Shown here: positions 8,151-18,896 of the stretch, piece after piece
Layout of the letters: every line of letters starts with the position of its first letter
How positions within the stretch are numbered: the stretch's first letter is position 1
Program-made: the position numbers and the translations under genes
NCBI GenBank assembly: GCA_913063225.1
Contig: CAJXYP010000019.1
Span: 1,178-65,177, forward strand
From: an uncultured Cellvibrionales bacterium
Lineage (GTDB): Bacteria; Pseudomonadota; Gammaproteobacteria; Pseudomonadales; GM7GCV1
Direction: 5' to 3'
Length of the DNA: 64,000 nucleotides
Notes under the pieces: generated by a model
Told to the model about the DNA's origin: nothing
Seen by the model: only the letters and a program-made list of their open reading frames with translations
Database searches by the model: none

Positions 8151-9428
8151 CTATCGGTTGATCGCTCGCCAAGCAATATCACGTCGCAAAGTCATACCTT
8201 TCCAGCTAATACTGTCGGCCAATTCGTATGCCTTTTGTTGGGCTTCAGCGACATCAGCACCTAGGGCGGTTGCACAAAGAACCCGACCTCCGCTGGTAAA
8301 CACTTTTCCGTCGGTCTCAACCGTGCCCGCCTGGAATATTTTTTGGTCGGCGTTTTCAATATCGCCCAGCCCGGAAATCTCCCGGCCTTTCTCATAACTT
8401 GCCGGGTAGCCCTCGGCAGCCAATACCACTCCAACAGAAGCTCGACTATCCCATTGCGCTTCCGCTTGGTCTAGCTTGCCATCAAGAGCTGCATTGCAAA
8501 GAGCAACAAGGTCGGATTGAAGCCGCATCATGATCGGCTGTGTTTCAGGGTCGCCGAAACGGCAGTTGTATTCAATTACCTTGGGTTCGCCCTGAGCGTT
8601 AATCATCAATCCAGCGTAGAGAAATCCTGTGTAGGGCATTCCTTCAGCAGCCATGCCGGCTAAGGTCGGGTAAATAACCTGACGCATAACTCGTTGATGG
8701 ATTTCCGGAGTAACCACAGGCGCGGGTGAATAGGCTCCCATGCCGCCAGTGTTAGGGCCAGTATCGCCTTCTCCAATTCGTTTGTGGTCTTGGCTGGTGG
8801 CCATAGGCAGTACATTCTTGCCGTCGGCAATAACAATAAAACTGGCTTCTTCGCCATCCAAAAACTCTTCAATCACTACACGGCAACCTGCTTCACCAAA
8901 GGCGTTACCGGATAACATGTCTTGCACTGCGTCTTCCGCTTGCTTAAGAGTTTCTGCAACAATTACGCCTTTACCTGCTGCCAGACCGTCGGCTTTTACC
9001 ACTATTGGCGCACCCTGTTCTTGCAAATAGGCCAATGCGGGGTCGACTTCCGTAAAGCTTTTATAAAAGCCGCTAGGAATATTATGTCGTGCTAAAAAGT
9101 CTTTAGTGAAGGCTTTGGACCCTTCTAGCTGCGCTGCTTTAGCCGATGGGCCAAAGCAGCGTAGACCGGCTTTTTTAAATGCATCAACAATGCCTTCAAC
9201 CAAGGGCACTTCAGGGCCAACGATAGTTAAACCAACCGCATTGGACTGAGCAAAAGAAATCAGACCATCAAAGTCGTCGCCTGAGAGATCAATGTTTTCG
9301 ATGCCAGCTTCGGCTGCAGAACCGGCATTACCCGGCGCAACATATACTGTTTCAACCAAAGGGCTTTGAGCCGCTTTCCAAGCCAGTGCGTGTTCGCGGC
9401 CGCCTGAGCCAATCACAAGTACATTCAT
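8151..9428 (-). CDS. purD: phosphoribosylamine-glycine ligase
   Basis: MNVLVIGSGGREHALAWK N-terminus and an ATP-grasp body; 425 aa. Confidence 0.95.
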   Translation of the reverse strand: MNVLVIGSGGREHALAWKAAQSPLVETVYVAPGNAGSAAEAGIENIDLSGDDFDGLISFAQSNAVGLTIVGPEVPLVEGIVDAFKKAGLRCFGPSAKAAQLEGSKAFTKDFLARHNIPSGFYKSFTEVDPALAYLQEQGAPIVVKADGLAAGKGVIVAETLKQAEDAVQDMLSGNAFGEAGCRVVIEEFLDGEEASFIVIADGKNVLPMATSQDHKRIGEGDTGPNTGGMGAYSPAPVVTPEIHQRVMRQVIYPTLAGMAAEGMPYTGFLYAGLMINAQGEPKVIEYNCRFGDPETQPIMMRLQSDLVALCNAALDGKLDQAEAQWDSRASVGVVLAAEGYPASYEKGREISGLGDIENADQKIFQAGTVETDGKVFTSGGRVLCATALGADVAEAQQKAYELADSISWKGMTLRRDIAWRAINR

Positions 9429-9477
9429 TTGCTTTGTATCTTTGTTATTTATATTTCAGTTAAAGGAGTTCTGCCGC

Positions 9478-11064
9478 TTAGTGGCGGAAATGCCTCATGC
9501 CGGTAAAGATCATAGCCATTTGATGCTCATCTGCCGCGGCAATTACCTCGTCATCCCGAATAGAACCGCCGGGTTGTATTACGCAGGCCACGCCCGCGGC
9601 TGCGGCGTTATCTATGCCGTCACGAAAAGGGAAGAAGGCGTCCGAAGCCATTGCGCTGCCTTCAACTTGAAGACCAGCCTGCTCTGCTTTAATTACTGCA
9701 ATACGAGCTGAATTTACGCGGCTCATTTGGCCTGCACCAACACCAATAGTTCTCAAGTTATTGCCGTACACAATGGCATTGGACTTAACGAACTTAGCAA
9801 CTTTCCAGGTAAACAACGCATCTTTAATTTGATCTTCTGTTGGCTGTTTTGCACTGACAATTTTTAGATCAGATTCGCCGATTACACCGGTATCTCTGTT
9901 TTGTACCAGCAATCCGCCGGTAACTTTTTTGAATTCAAATCCAGTGCTCTCTACCTGCCACTCACCGCAGGCCAATACGCGAACATTTTTCTTTGCCGCG
10001 GTAATTTCTAATGCGGCTTCGCTGATACTTGGCGCGATTATTACTTCCACAAACTGCCTGTCTACTATGCTTTTTGCGGTATCGGCATCAAGTTCGCGGT
10101 TGAAGGCAATAATCCCACCAAAAGAGGATTCAGGGTCGGTAGCAAAGGCTTGCTCGTAGGCGGTGCCAATATTCTCAGCGACGGAGACCCCGCAGGGGTT
10201 GGCGTGCTTCACAATTACACAGGCTGGTTGGTCAAATTGTTTTACGCACTCCAAGGCCGCATCGGTATCAGCAATATTGTTGTAAGAAAGCTCCTTGCCT
10301 TGAAATTGCTTGGCAGTAGCAATGCAAGCTTCAGCGGGGTTGTGCTCGCGATAAAAAGCGGAGCTTTGGTGCGGGTTTTCGCCGTAGCGTAAATCTTCAC
10401 CCTTAAGGAATTGAAGGTTAAAGGTTCGAGAGAAGTTCTCGCTTCCGCCAGTAACTAATTTGCCGAAATGGTTGGCGATAGCTCCGTCGTAAGCTGCCGT
10501 ATGTTCATAGGCTCGAATTGCCAAATCAAATCGTGTCTCATAGCTAAGCTTGCCGTCGCATTCTGCGAGTTCAGCCAATACACGAGAGTAGTCAGAACTG
10601 TTTACCACAATAGTGACGTCTTTGTGGTTTTTGGCTGCAGCGCGCACCATAGTCGGGCCGCCAATATCTATATTTTCCACAGCATCTTCGAGGCTACAGT
10701 CGGGTTTTGTTACGGTAGCTTCAAAGGGATAAAGGTTAACGATTACCATATCGATAGCGTCTATGCCGTGATCTTGCATGATCTGATCGTCAATACCTCG
10801 ACGACCTAGAATTCCTCCATGAACTTTAGGATGCAGCGTTTTTACACGACCATCCATCATCTCGGGGAAGCCCGTATAATCAGAAACCTCAGTTACGGCT
10901 ATTCCAGCGCCTTTGAGAAGTCGGTAGGTGCCGCCTGTGGATAGCAGCGCTACACCGGTGTCGGTTAGCTGCTTGGCAAAATCTTCAATCCCAGTTTTAT
11001 CAGATACGCTGATTAGCGCGCGGCGAATAGGCTTTAGTTCGGTTTTGGTGTCAGAGGAGGTCAT
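9478..11064 (-). CDS. purH: bifunctional AICAR transformylase / IMP cyclohydrolase
   Basis: [23 protein letters not shown] and the C-terminal MRHFRH; 528 aa. Confidence 0.95.
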   Translation of the reverse strand: MTSSDTKTELKPIRRALISVSDKTGIEDFAKQLTDTGVALLSTGGTYRLLKGAGIAVTEVSDYTGFPEMMDGRVKTLHPKVHGGILGRRGIDDQIMQDHGIDAIDMVIVNLYPFEATVTKPDCSLEDAVENIDIGGPTMVRAAAKNHKDVTIVVNSSDYSRVLAELAECDGKLSYETRFDLAIRAYEHTAAYDGAIANHFGKLVTGGSENFSRTFNLQFLKGEDLRYGENPHQSSAFYREHNPAEACIATAKQFQGKELSYNNIADTDAALECVKQFDQPACVIVKHANPCGVSVAENIGTAYEQAFATDPESSFGGIIAFNRELDADTAKSIVDRQFVEVIIAPSISEAALEITAAKKNVRVLACGEWQVESTGFEFKKVTGGLLVQNRDTGVIGESDLKIVSAKQPTEDQIKDALFTWKVAKFVKSNAIVYGNNLRTIGVGAGQMSRVNSARIAVIKAEQAGLQVEGSAMASDAFFPFRDGIDNAAAAGVACVIQPGGSIRDDEVIAAADEHQMAMIFTGMRHFRH

Positions 11065-11344
11065 ATTGCTTTAGCTTTTTTCTCAGTGTACCGCGGTTAA
11101 GACCTAGTATTTCAGAGGCCTGGCTTTGGTTATTGGAAGTATGTTCAAGGACAGATTTCAGCATGGGCGCTTCAACTTCTTTGAGCACAAAGTCGTATAG
11201 GTTTGAGGGGGTTTCTTCGCCCAGATGTTCAAAGTACTGTTCTAATGATTCGGTTACGCACTGAGACAAAGCCATATATTTTTTTGACTTTCCCTTTTTG
11301 CTTGCCTTTTTGACACCTAAGTCAGTCTTAGATTTTTTACTCAT
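11051..11344 (-). CDS. fis: DNA-binding protein Fis
   Basis: C-terminal [28 protein letters not shown]; follows dusB as in the dusB-fis operon. Confidence 0.9.
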   Translation of the reverse strand: MSKKSKTDLGVKKASKKGKSKKYMALSQCVTESLEQYFEHLGEETPSNLYDFVLKEVEAPMLKSVLEHTSNNQSQASEILGLNRGTLRKKLKQYDLL

Positions 11345-12387
11345 GCGGCCATCATTCTATTTACAGGTTCCTGTGTTGCTAGTTGCTGAATAAATTCAGA
11401 TTGCGCTTCGGTGCTTTGAAGACTATTGAAGTCTTTGCGTTGAACTCCTGAGTCATCCATACGTTCAAGATACCAACCCATATGTTTACGTGCGATACGC
11501 ATACCTTGCAGATCACCATAGAGCTGATGAATTCCCTCAAGGTGAGTAGTCATAGTTTCGAACTGTACTTTTAATGAGGGTGTAGAAAGCAATGAAAAAG
11601 TTGAAGACGCTATGCCAGATTGGATTCCAGATTGAGTTTTAGATGGGATTGTAGCGTCTAGGTATTCGCGAATTTGCTGGAATATCCAGGGCTGGCCCAG
11701 AGCACTCCGACCGATCATCACTGCCGCGGCGCCAGTCTGCTTTAGCACCGCTTCGGCTTGTTCTGGTGTGCCAATATCTCCATTGGCAATTACCGGCATA
11801 GCTACTTTGGCTACGATTTCGGCGATGGTGTCGTACTCAGCCTGACCCGAAAATTTGCATGCTCTGGTTCGGCCGTGCACCGTTAAGGCCTGAATTCCTG
11901 CCTGTTCTGCAATTTCGGCTATTCGCAGCCCGTTCTTAGCTTCTGTACTCCAGCCGGTTCGTGTTTTTAAAGTAACGGGAACCGATACTGCGTTTACAAC
12001 GGTATTTAAAATATCTTCAACCAAGGCTTCGTCTTGCAGGAGGGCACTTCCTGCGGCGCGTTTACAGACTTTTTTGGCCGGGCAGCCCATGTTGATATCA
12101 ATCATTCCGGCGCCCAACTGTTCGCAGGCCATGGCCGCATCAGCGAGCATTTTCGCGTCATAGCCAGCTATCTGAACTGGACGGGGAAGTGGATCTTCTG
12201 ATTGAGGCAAACGGGTTTTGGACTTATTGCTAGTCCAGAGATCGGTTTGTGATGTCAGCATTTCAGAATAGGTGAGGGCTGCGCCCCAATGTCTAGCCGC
12301 CTGTCTCAGAGGCAAGTCGGTAATGCCAGCCATAGGTGCCAATAGCACTGGGGCATCAATTGTGTAGGGACCGATTGAGAAAGACAT
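11341..12387 (-). CDS. dusB: tRNA-dihydrouridine synthase B
   Basis: LAPMAGITDLPLR, the DINMGCPAKKV catalytic Cys loop and HGRTR; 348 aa. Confidence 0.9.
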   Translation of the reverse strand: MSFSIGPYTIDAPVLLAPMAGITDLPLRQAARHWGAALTYSEMLTSQTDLWTSNKSKTRLPQSEDPLPRPVQIAGYDAKMLADAAMACEQLGAGMIDINMGCPAKKVCKRAAGSALLQDEALVEDILNTVVNAVSVPVTLKTRTGWSTEAKNGLRIAEIAEQAGIQALTVHGRTRACKFSGQAEYDTIAEIVAKVAMPVIANGDIGTPEQAEAVLKQTGAAAVMIGRSALGQPWIFQQIREYLDATIPSKTQSGIQSGIASSTFSLLSTPSLKVQFETMTTHLEGIHQLYGDLQGMRIARKHMGWYLERMDDSGVQRKDFNSLQSTEAQSEFIQQLATQEPVNRMMAA

Positions 12388-12452
12388 TGGTTTTTAAGTC
12401 GTTTTTGAAGTGCTGAAAAAGGTGGGTAATTCTACGCCAGACCCACGGCAGG

Positions 12453-13703
12453 TCAATTCAAATAAAGCAGATTAAATTCATAACTTATGGCCGAAGCTCC
12501 CGGATCATAAAGTTCCATTTCGATCTGTATTCGCTGGAACGGCTGAAGTAGCGTTCGTCCGGCAGTTTCGGAACGCAAATATTCCTGCGGACTAAACCTT
12601 CGAAGGGAAATCTTTTCGCCTCGTAGGTCAGTAAAAGCGAGCTCAATATGTGGAAATCGCTGGGATAATTCGGCTCTGTTACGCAGCTCGACCTGAACTG
12701 CTAGCGAATTATTATATTCCGTTGAGGGTCGAACTATGCCGGTTACGGAAAGCAGAGAAAGGTCTTGAAGTACCAATTTTCGGCAGGGCAGCAGGACACA
12801 AAAATTAATCGAAACCCGATTATAGAAATCAATCTCTCTTAACGAAGCCGCCTGCCAGTAAAGGCTCTGGGCTAAAAGGGCGACAAACAATGTTGAAATG
12901 CAAATAGTCCAGGGAGCGCTAATTTTTTTATAAGCTTTACGGTTTTTCGATCCGACAAATAGCTGTTCTGCGAGTTTTTCTTCCGCTGCCTGTTCCGGCT
13001 CGACAAGATCTGATAAGAGCGGTTCTTCTTCAGAACCCGGGCGAACAGCAACAACCGATTCCCATGTATTTTCGGATTCGGTTTCTGAAGGCTGGTGCGT
13101 ATCTGATGATGCATCAGATAAATTATCTTCAAGGCCGGCGAAAGATGCTTTCAAAATATCGGAAATTTCCTGATCTGCCTCATCTTGATATTCATCAGCG
13201 GAAGCGACTATCGTTTCATCTTCTGATGAAGCTTCCGATTCCCTGTGTTCTTCGTCTAAAGCTTCTTTCTCTGGGGTTTCCTCATACTCATACTCGTCAT
13301 CGTCATCGTCATCGTAACCGCGATAAATAGACTCCATTTCGTTTTGATAAATAGAATCTTCAGGTTCGGGTTCATCAGGACTAGCTATGCCCGATGCAAT
13401 TTCTGCCCCGGCATCACGTTCTTCAACATCAGAAAGCTCCTGATCATCAGCTAGAATATCGTCGTCATCCGCGCGCGGGTTAAAAAACTCCGGTTCAGGT
13501 TCGGTCTCTTTAGTTGCTGCCGCTTCAGTAGCTTCACCTCCAAATAAAGGTTTTTGCTCAATAATAAAATGTTCCAGCGCATCAAATACTTTCAGGCATC
13601 CACCGCAGCGCACAGCACCATTTGCCGCTTCCAGCTGAATAGGCCCCACATGAAACGAAGTCTTGCAGTGAGGGCATTGTGTTACTGAACCGTATTCACT
13701 CAA
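12453..13703 (-). CDS. zinc-ribbon (MJ0042-type) protein with an acidic linker, one TM segment and a DUF3426-like C-terminal domain
   Basis: CPHCKTSF...CGGCLKVF zinc ribbon, a long D/E-rich stretch and a TM segment. It occupies the position between prmA and dusB that DUF3426 proteins occupy in Pseudomonas-type genomes. Confidence 0.75.
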   Translation of the reverse strand: MSEYGSVTQCPHCKTSFHVGPIQLEAANGAVRCGGCLKVFDALEHFIIEQKPLFGGEATEAAATKETEPEPEFFNPRADDDDILADDQELSDVEERDAGAEIASGIASPDEPEPEDSIYQNEMESIYRGYDDDDDDEYEYEETPEKEALDEEHRESEASSEDETIVASADEYQDEADQEISDILKASFAGLEDNLSDASSDTHQPSETESENTWESVVAVRPGSEEEPLLSDLVEPEQAAEEKLAEQLFVGSKNRKAYKKISAPWTICISTLFVALLAQSLYWQAASLREIDFYNRVSINFCVLLPCRKLVLQDLSLLSVTGIVRPSTEYNNSLAVQVELRNRAELSQRFPHIELAFTDLRGEKISLRRFSPQEYLRSETAGRTLLQPFQRIQIEMELYDPGASAISYEFNLLYLN

Positions 13704-13760
13704 CGGTACTAATACTCTTGAATGTAATTGATAGAGGCGCCCTTAAGTCTGAATGGTGGT

Positions 13761-14645
13761 TTATGATCGGATTCCCGTAATTCTAAGCCAATCTTCGCTT
13801 TGTTTAACTGCTAAATTATTAAACCAAGGTTGGTAGGCACCCAGAATTTCTTGCTTTTGGCTGTGCAATATTCCCGAAAGGCAGAGGTGTCCGCCATTTT
13901 TGACCAATCCGGCAATAGATTCGGCAAGCTCTACTAGGGGGCCTGATAATATGTTTGTCAGCAGAATATCGGCTGGTTCTCGCTCAAATGAAGCGGGCAG
14001 ACAGATATGATATTGCGTTGCATTCACTTGATTTCTTTCAAGGTTTTTCTTGGTTGCTGTTAGGGCTTGGGGGTCGATATCTACAAAGGAGCCATAGCTA
14101 GCGCCTCTAAGAAACGCTGCAATGCCAAGCACTCCGGTTCCGCAACCGTAATCGATAATATTCTTATTTAAACAATCATTTTCTACTACCCATTCAAGAC
14201 AAAGGGCTGTGGTTGGATGGGTGCCCGTTCCAAAGGCTAGACCCGGGTCTAAGAGTAAAGTGGTTGCTCCGGGCTCTGCTATCGGTTCAGTTACCTTTTC
14301 AGCGTATACCCAAAAGTTATCGCCAAAGCACATGGGCTGGAAGTGTTCCATCCATTCTGTTTCCCAAACCCTGTCTTCCAATATTTCCCAGCGGAAATTC
14401 GATTCGGACAGGTTGCAAAAACTTAACAACGCTTTCTGGATCGCTGCGCTGTCAACATCGCTGTCAAATAGACCGACCAGAATAGGGTCCGGCCAGATTG
14501 GCGGTTGATCGGGGTCTGGTTCGTATATTGGAGAGTCTTTAGCGTCGATGGTGGTAACAGATAGCGCACCAACCGAAAAAAGAGCGTCTTCAATAGATTG
14601 ATACTCTTGAGCCGTTGTTTCGACGCGCAGCTCTAGCCAGGGCAT
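13761..14645 (-). CDS. prmA: ribosomal protein L11 methyltransferase
   Basis: MPWLELRV start (internal ATG at 14645), PGLAFGTGTHPTT and DYGCGTGVLGIAA SAM motifs. The upstream 46 codons of the listed ORF overlap the accB stub and are probably not translated. Confidence 0.9.
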   Translation of the reverse strand: MPWLELRVETTAQEYQSIEDALFSVGALSVTTIDAKDSPIYEPDPDQPPIWPDPILVGLFDSDVDSAAIQKALLSFCNLSESNFRWEILEDRVWETEWMEHFQPMCFGDNFWVYAEKVTEPIAEPGATTLLLDPGLAFGTGTHPTTALCLEWVVENDCLNKNIIDYGCGTGVLGIAAFLRGASYGSFVDIDPQALTATKKNLERNQVNATQYHICLPASFEREPADILLTNILSGPLVELAESIAGLVKNGGHLCLSGILHSQKQEILGAYQPWFNNLAVKQSEDWLRITGIRS

Positions 14646-14664
14646 GAGGTTAAAAGACCCTGAC

Positions 14665-14835
14665 CTAAGCTTGAGAATCAGGTTTTTTTCTAGGGCCCTC
14701 TCCAGCGCGAAAGGGCACGCTATCCTGAGTAGCACGTGTGAGGCGAACGGATTCGTCGCCCTCACGTATCTCAATTTCACCAATATTGGACTCTTCCAAT
14801 ACTTCGATAAGCTTTTTAATCTTTCGGATGTCCAT
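14665..14835 (-). pseudogene. accB: 5' stub of accB (biotin carboxyl carrier protein); the biotinyl domain and accC are absent
   Basis: The minus-strand translation [35 protein letters not shown] matches the AccB N-terminus almost residue for residue. It then reads 21 unrelated codons to a TAG at 14665-14667, and prmA starts 20 nt later. Confidence 0.75.
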
Positions 14836-14850
14836 CGAGCGTGTAGTTCC

Positions 14851-15288
14851 TTATTTGGCTAATTGGTCTATGGCAAAGTCGAGCGCATATTCGTAACCTT
14901 TGGGCCCGAAGCCACAAAGTACCGCCTCAGCAATGCCAGAGAAGTAGGAAAGATGCCTGAACTCTTCACGTTGGTGAACATTGGAAATATGTATTTCAAC
15001 AAAAGGGATAGCAACCGCTGACATGGCGTCGCGGATAGCAACGCTAGTATGAGTAAATGCTGCCGGATTAATCAGTATGTAATCCACTTTATTTTGCGCC
15101 GCTTGGATCTTGTCCACCAGCTCGTGCTCGGCGTTGCTTTGGAAGCTCGTCAGGCTGTGGCCGGCGGCTTTTGCGGCTGAGGCCAGGCTCTCATTTATTT
15201 GTTCCAGAGTTACCGCCCCGTATACGTCGGGTTCGCGCGTACCCAAAAGGTTTAGATTGGGACCGTGAAGTACAAGAATATTAGCCAT
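14851..15288 (-). CDS. aroQ: type II 3-dehydroquinate dehydratase
   Basis: [32 protein letters not shown] and [12 protein letters not shown]; 145 aa. Confidence 0.95.
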   Translation of the reverse strand: MANILVLHGPNLNLLGTREPDVYGAVTLEQINESLASAAKAAGHSLTSFQSNAEHELVDKIQAAQNKVDYILINPAAFTHTSVAIRDAMSAVAIPFVEIHISNVHQREEFRHLSYFSGIAEAVLCGFGPKGYEYALDFAIDQLAK

Positions 15289-15404
15289 TGCAGTGATCTA
15301 CACCCTAATTAAGAGACTACTTAATGTAAGAAATTAAACAGGTTTCGGAGTAAAGCTAACTTAGTGCAAAAAAGCAATGAGAGCTGGCAAAAATCGACTG
15401 ATTG

Positions 15405-16469
15405 TTAGGCTGAATGGCCTACCCAGTGGTTATCCCAAAAGATCCCCGAAGGAATATTCTTGCCGGCACGGGAAACCTCGCCAACGCCGCTACTTAACCA
15501 CCAGTTTCCATCCACACTGGTGGCAGCGGAAATATCCAAAGAATGCACTGATTCAATCGGTTGGCCTAGATGATCCCAGCGGCCATAAATATGCCCCTGT
15601 GGTGAGGTAGCTACAACTTCGGCATCAGATACCGCGACGCTGGCTATATAACCGTTAAAGCTTGGCCAGCCGGATTTAGGTTCATCAGCTACCTTCCATC
15701 CCTTGGGCGCTGAATAGCTATAGAGCAAGGCATCTTGGGTGGGGGCCGGGTCAGCAAGCTGCATCCCTACCCATAAGGTTTCTCCGTCAGAATCTAGATG
15801 GCGGGCACTTAAATTACTGCCAGGCGCAGGAACAAAGGAGCTTATTGAAGATACTTCTGGATCAAAAAATACTAAACCGGACTCAAAGTTATCGGCGTTC
15901 AAAATGGTGCGGCCGACGGATTGCCATCCGCCAACGGCAATAACTATCTGGTTAGATATCGATAGCATTTGGTGGGGGCCTAGTCCGGCGATTGAAATCT
16001 GCTTGGGTGGTAGGGATAAGTCCGCCAGTCTGTATCTCAATAGAATTGATTCGCTTGTCTCGATCGGAGAAGCAGTAGCCCAAAGTTCGTCTTGGCCCTC
16101 TTTATTGATTTGGAATAGGGCGTGGCCCTCAAATATCAACCCTTCCGGGACCACAATCTGGCCTAGGTCTTTACCGTCCGCGGGACTAAATAGCTGAATA
16201 AACTTGCCAGGACGTCGTGCCACAACCGCACCGACGGATAAATCATCGCTTAGGCATAGTTCGTGCACCCGAGCAGGCGTATCTAGCTTCCAAACCAGAT
16301 CGCCTCTCTGGTCGATACAGGCGGCGCCATAAGTATTGCCATAGCTGCGAAATCCACCATACAGGCGAAGAGCTGGCTCGCCAAATTCACCAAGGGAGCA
16401 GGCGCCTAGTTGCAGTGCCGCTAAACTAGTACCACTTAACTTAATAAATTCGCGACGCTTAAGCTGCAC
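15405..16469 (-). CDS. DUF1513-family periplasmic beta-propeller-like protein with a Tat signal
   Basis: Twin-arginine leader MQLKRREFIKLSG...LGAC. Last gene of the imelysin / DUF1111 cluster. Confidence 0.8.
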   Translation of the reverse strand: MQLKRREFIKLSGTSLAALQLGACSLGEFGEPALRLYGGFRSYGNTYGAACIDQRGDLVWKLDTPARVHELCLSDDLSVGAVVARRPGKFIQLFSPADGKDLGQIVVPEGLIFEGHALFQINKEGQDELWATASPIETSESILLRYRLADLSLPPKQISIAGLGPHQMLSISNQIVIAVGGWQSVGRTILNADNFESGLVFFDPEVSSISSFVPAPGSNLSARHLDSDGETLWVGMQLADPAPTQDALLYSYSAPKGWKVADEPKSGWPSFNGYIASVAVSDAEVVATSPQGHIYGRWDHLGQPIESVHSLDISAATSVDGNWWLSSGVGEVSRAGKNIPSGIFWDNHWVGHSA

Positions 16470-16472
16470 TTT

Positions 16473-17465
16473 TTAGTCGCCATCAAAATTGTTAAAACCA
16501 ATCAAAATGCCAAAGTCTTGCGCAAGATCAGTTTCTAGAAAATTTGCCAGTTGCGTAAACAGGGTTTGCAAATCATCCAATGTTTCAGGGTTTTGTTGAT
16601 GGGCAGCTAAGTTTTCAAATTCGGCCAATATGTTATTCGCGTCCTGCGCATAGGCTTGAAGTTGTATTTCGTTTTCCGTAGATATGGTTGATGCCTGACC
16701 GGTATGCTCGAGCATTGCCGCTAGGCTTATTAAAGATTGCTGGTATACCAGCCAGGTATTTTCCGACCGCCATCCCTCCGCCAGGTAACTTACCCAAAGC
16801 CCTTCTTCATTCCGACTTTGTCGTAAGTGGGATTCCAAGCGCGAAATTTGTGAGTAGAGCAGGTTAAGGGCAATTGAGCGCCCGGCAATTACATCTGAAT
16901 CAAGCGTCCATTCATCGAGTACTACCGGCGCAGCTTGATGATACTCACGCAGGGTAGTTACATCGGCCAAATATACCTCGCTAACCGCTACCAAGGTGGT
17001 GCAACGCTGGGCTTGAGTTAAGCCTTCTTTATAGAGCAACCACTCAAGGGCTGGGATGCCTTTCTCAGCGGCAATTAGCTGGTTGTAAGCGTCTGATGTT
17101 AAAGGCTGGCCGGATTCAGCGCGTGCACCCAAGCGGATCTCGGTCATATTGCGCTTGTCTGGCCAAAAGTAGAGAGAGAACGACAGGGCTTGCTCGTCGA
17201 TTGCCTTATAAGGATAGCCATTAATATAAGCCCATTGGCCCAGTGTTTCTGTGAAGGCCGATCTTGCCGCATCAATATCCGCTGATCCCGCGCAATAGTT
17301 CTGATTAATTGCGAGCATCTGGCCGGAATTTTCTAGCCATGTATCAGCTTGGGCATTAGCCCAGTTTTTCCAGTGCAGAGAGAGAGAAGCCTCTTTTGAT
17401 GTGCAGGCAAAGAGTACTGAGGCCATCGCGGCCGCGATTATTATGCGGTAAGCGTTTTTGTACAT
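16473..17465 (-). CDS. imelysin-like (peptidase M75 fold) lipoprotein
   Basis: Lipobox VLFAC, helical composition and conserved cluster position. Confidence 0.7.
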   Translation of the reverse strand: MYKNAYRIIIAAAMASVLFACTSKEASLSLHWKNWANAQADTWLENSGQMLAINQNYCAGSADIDAARSAFTETLGQWAYINGYPYKAIDEQALSFSLYFWPDKRNMTEIRLGARAESGQPLTSDAYNQLIAAEKGIPALEWLLYKEGLTQAQRCTTLVAVSEVYLADVTTLREYHQAAPVVLDEWTLDSDVIAGRSIALNLLYSQISRLESHLRQSRNEEGLWVSYLAEGWRSENTWLVYQQSLISLAAMLEHTGQASTISTENEIQLQAYAQDANNILAEFENLAAHQQNPETLDDLQTLFTQLANFLETDLAQDFGILIGFNNFDGD

Positions 17466-17466
17466 T

Positions 17467-18894
17467 TTAGAGAGAGTCTAAAAAGAGAAGCAGCGAGTTT
17501 AGTTTATCTTCGGAAAGTTGCGCTACTTCATTTTTTGCCACAGCCGCTTCGCCGTCGTGCCAAAGTATGGCTTCTAGTGCATTGCGGGCGCGTCCATCGT
17601 GCAAAAACTGGGTATGGCCGTTAACGGTTTGGTACTTGCCCAAACCCCAGAGAGGAGGCGTTCTCCATTCTTGTCCAGTCGCGTCAAAGTCAGGCCGGTT
17701 ATCCGCCAAGCCTTCACCTAAGTCATGCAGTAGCAGGTCCGTATAGGGGTAGATGGTCTGATTGCTTAGGGCTGGGCTGATTCCAACTCCAGTTTGCCAG
17801 TTAGGCGTGTGGCAACCTGCACAGCCAACATCGGTAAATACTTGTTCTCCCGCTACCACTTCCGGATCCATTGCGTCGGTCCGAGCAGGAACCGCAAGGT
17901 GGCTGGAATAAAAGCTCACCAGTCCTAATAGCTCATCGCTGATTTCGGGGTAGCCTCCGTCAGGAGCCTGTACACAGCTAGTTTGCGCCGGCATGCAGCT
18001 TTCGTTGGGTGACAGGCTAGAGGTAATGCCAATATCACCAAAAAACGCAGCCGCACTTTGTTGTTCTACGGTTGGTTTACTGGCTTTCCAGCCAAATCGG
18101 CCCAATACCAACTCTTCGTTGATGCCGTCCCAAACTGTATTTGGCCTGCCTGAGATACCATCCATGTTTGTATCTTCAGCATCGGCATTGGCGAGAATAT
18201 ATTCGGCTGGGATAGCTTCCAGTAATCCTAGCCCGATCATGGCAGGGGCTACCCTTGGACTTATCATTAAGTCAGGGTGCATTGGGCCGTAAGCCAAATG
18301 AGTCAGCTCAATAAGGGGCTTACGCAGCTCTACCACTCGGCCATTAGCCATTTCGAAATTTGAATATTCGTATTCCCACTGAATACGTGCCTCGGGTTCT
18401 ACGCCAGCTACAGAGAAGTCCTGTAACTGATCTCCGTAAGTCGGTTCGGCAATTACTCCATCCGAGGGAGATCTAGGGTTGCTATCGGTTTCAGGAATAC
18501 TCAATCGAATCAGGGTTGAAACAGCTTGCGCCTGACCCGGTAGAGGCGGATGACCTCGACCATCTTTGATATGACAGCCCTGACAGCTATTGGTATTGAA
18601 TAGAGGGCCCAGGCCGTCTCGTGCGGTGGTCGTTGCTGGTGCCGCTATCCAGGGGTTCCGAAAGAAACTATTGCCGATACTAAAATTCATACGGCCCTCA
18701 AGATCGAGATTGGAGGCCGGTTGCGAAAAGGCATTTGCGTCCTGAAACTGCGTAGTAGTAGCACCACCGGGGAGGCTCGGGTCCGCAAAGGCCGGTGCGG
18801 TGGATAATGAACTAACAAGAGCTGTCGTACCAACAATCGCAAACTTTCGGAAGCGATGACGCAGCAAACGAAAGTTCAGGTATCGAAATTGCAC
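17467..18894 (-). CDS. di-heme c-type oxidoreductase (DUF1111, cytochrome c peroxidase-like)
   Basis: Two CxxCH motifs (CQGCH and CAGCH) and a signal peptide; 475 aa. Confidence 0.8.
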   Translation of the reverse strand: MQFRYLNFRLLRHRFRKFAIVGTTALVSSLSTAPAFADPSLPGGATTTQFQDANAFSQPASNLDLEGRMNFSIGNSFFRNPWIAAPATTTARDGLGPLFNTNSCQGCHIKDGRGHPPLPGQAQAVSTLIRLSIPETDSNPRSPSDGVIAEPTYGDQLQDFSVAGVEPEARIQWEYEYSNFEMANGRVVELRKPLIELTHLAYGPMHPDLMISPRVAPAMIGLGLLEAIPAEYILANADAEDTNMDGISGRPNTVWDGINEELVLGRFGWKASKPTVEQQSAAAFFGDIGITSSLSPNESCMPAQTSCVQAPDGGYPEISDELLGLVSFYSSHLAVPARTDAMDPEVVAGEQVFTDVGCAGCHTPNWQTGVGISPALSNQTIYPYTDLLLHDLGEGLADNRPDFDATGQEWRTPPLWGLGKYQTVNGHTQFLHDGRARNALEAILWHDGEAAVAKNEVAQLSEDKLNSLLLFLDSL

Positions 18895-18896
18895 TC

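Noticed and set aside
13290-13325. Short tandem CATCGT/CATACT repeats.
   Set aside because: They encode the poly-Asp/Glu-Tyr run of the acidic linker in the DUF3426-like protein. This is coding low complexity, not a CRISPR or regulatory repeat.
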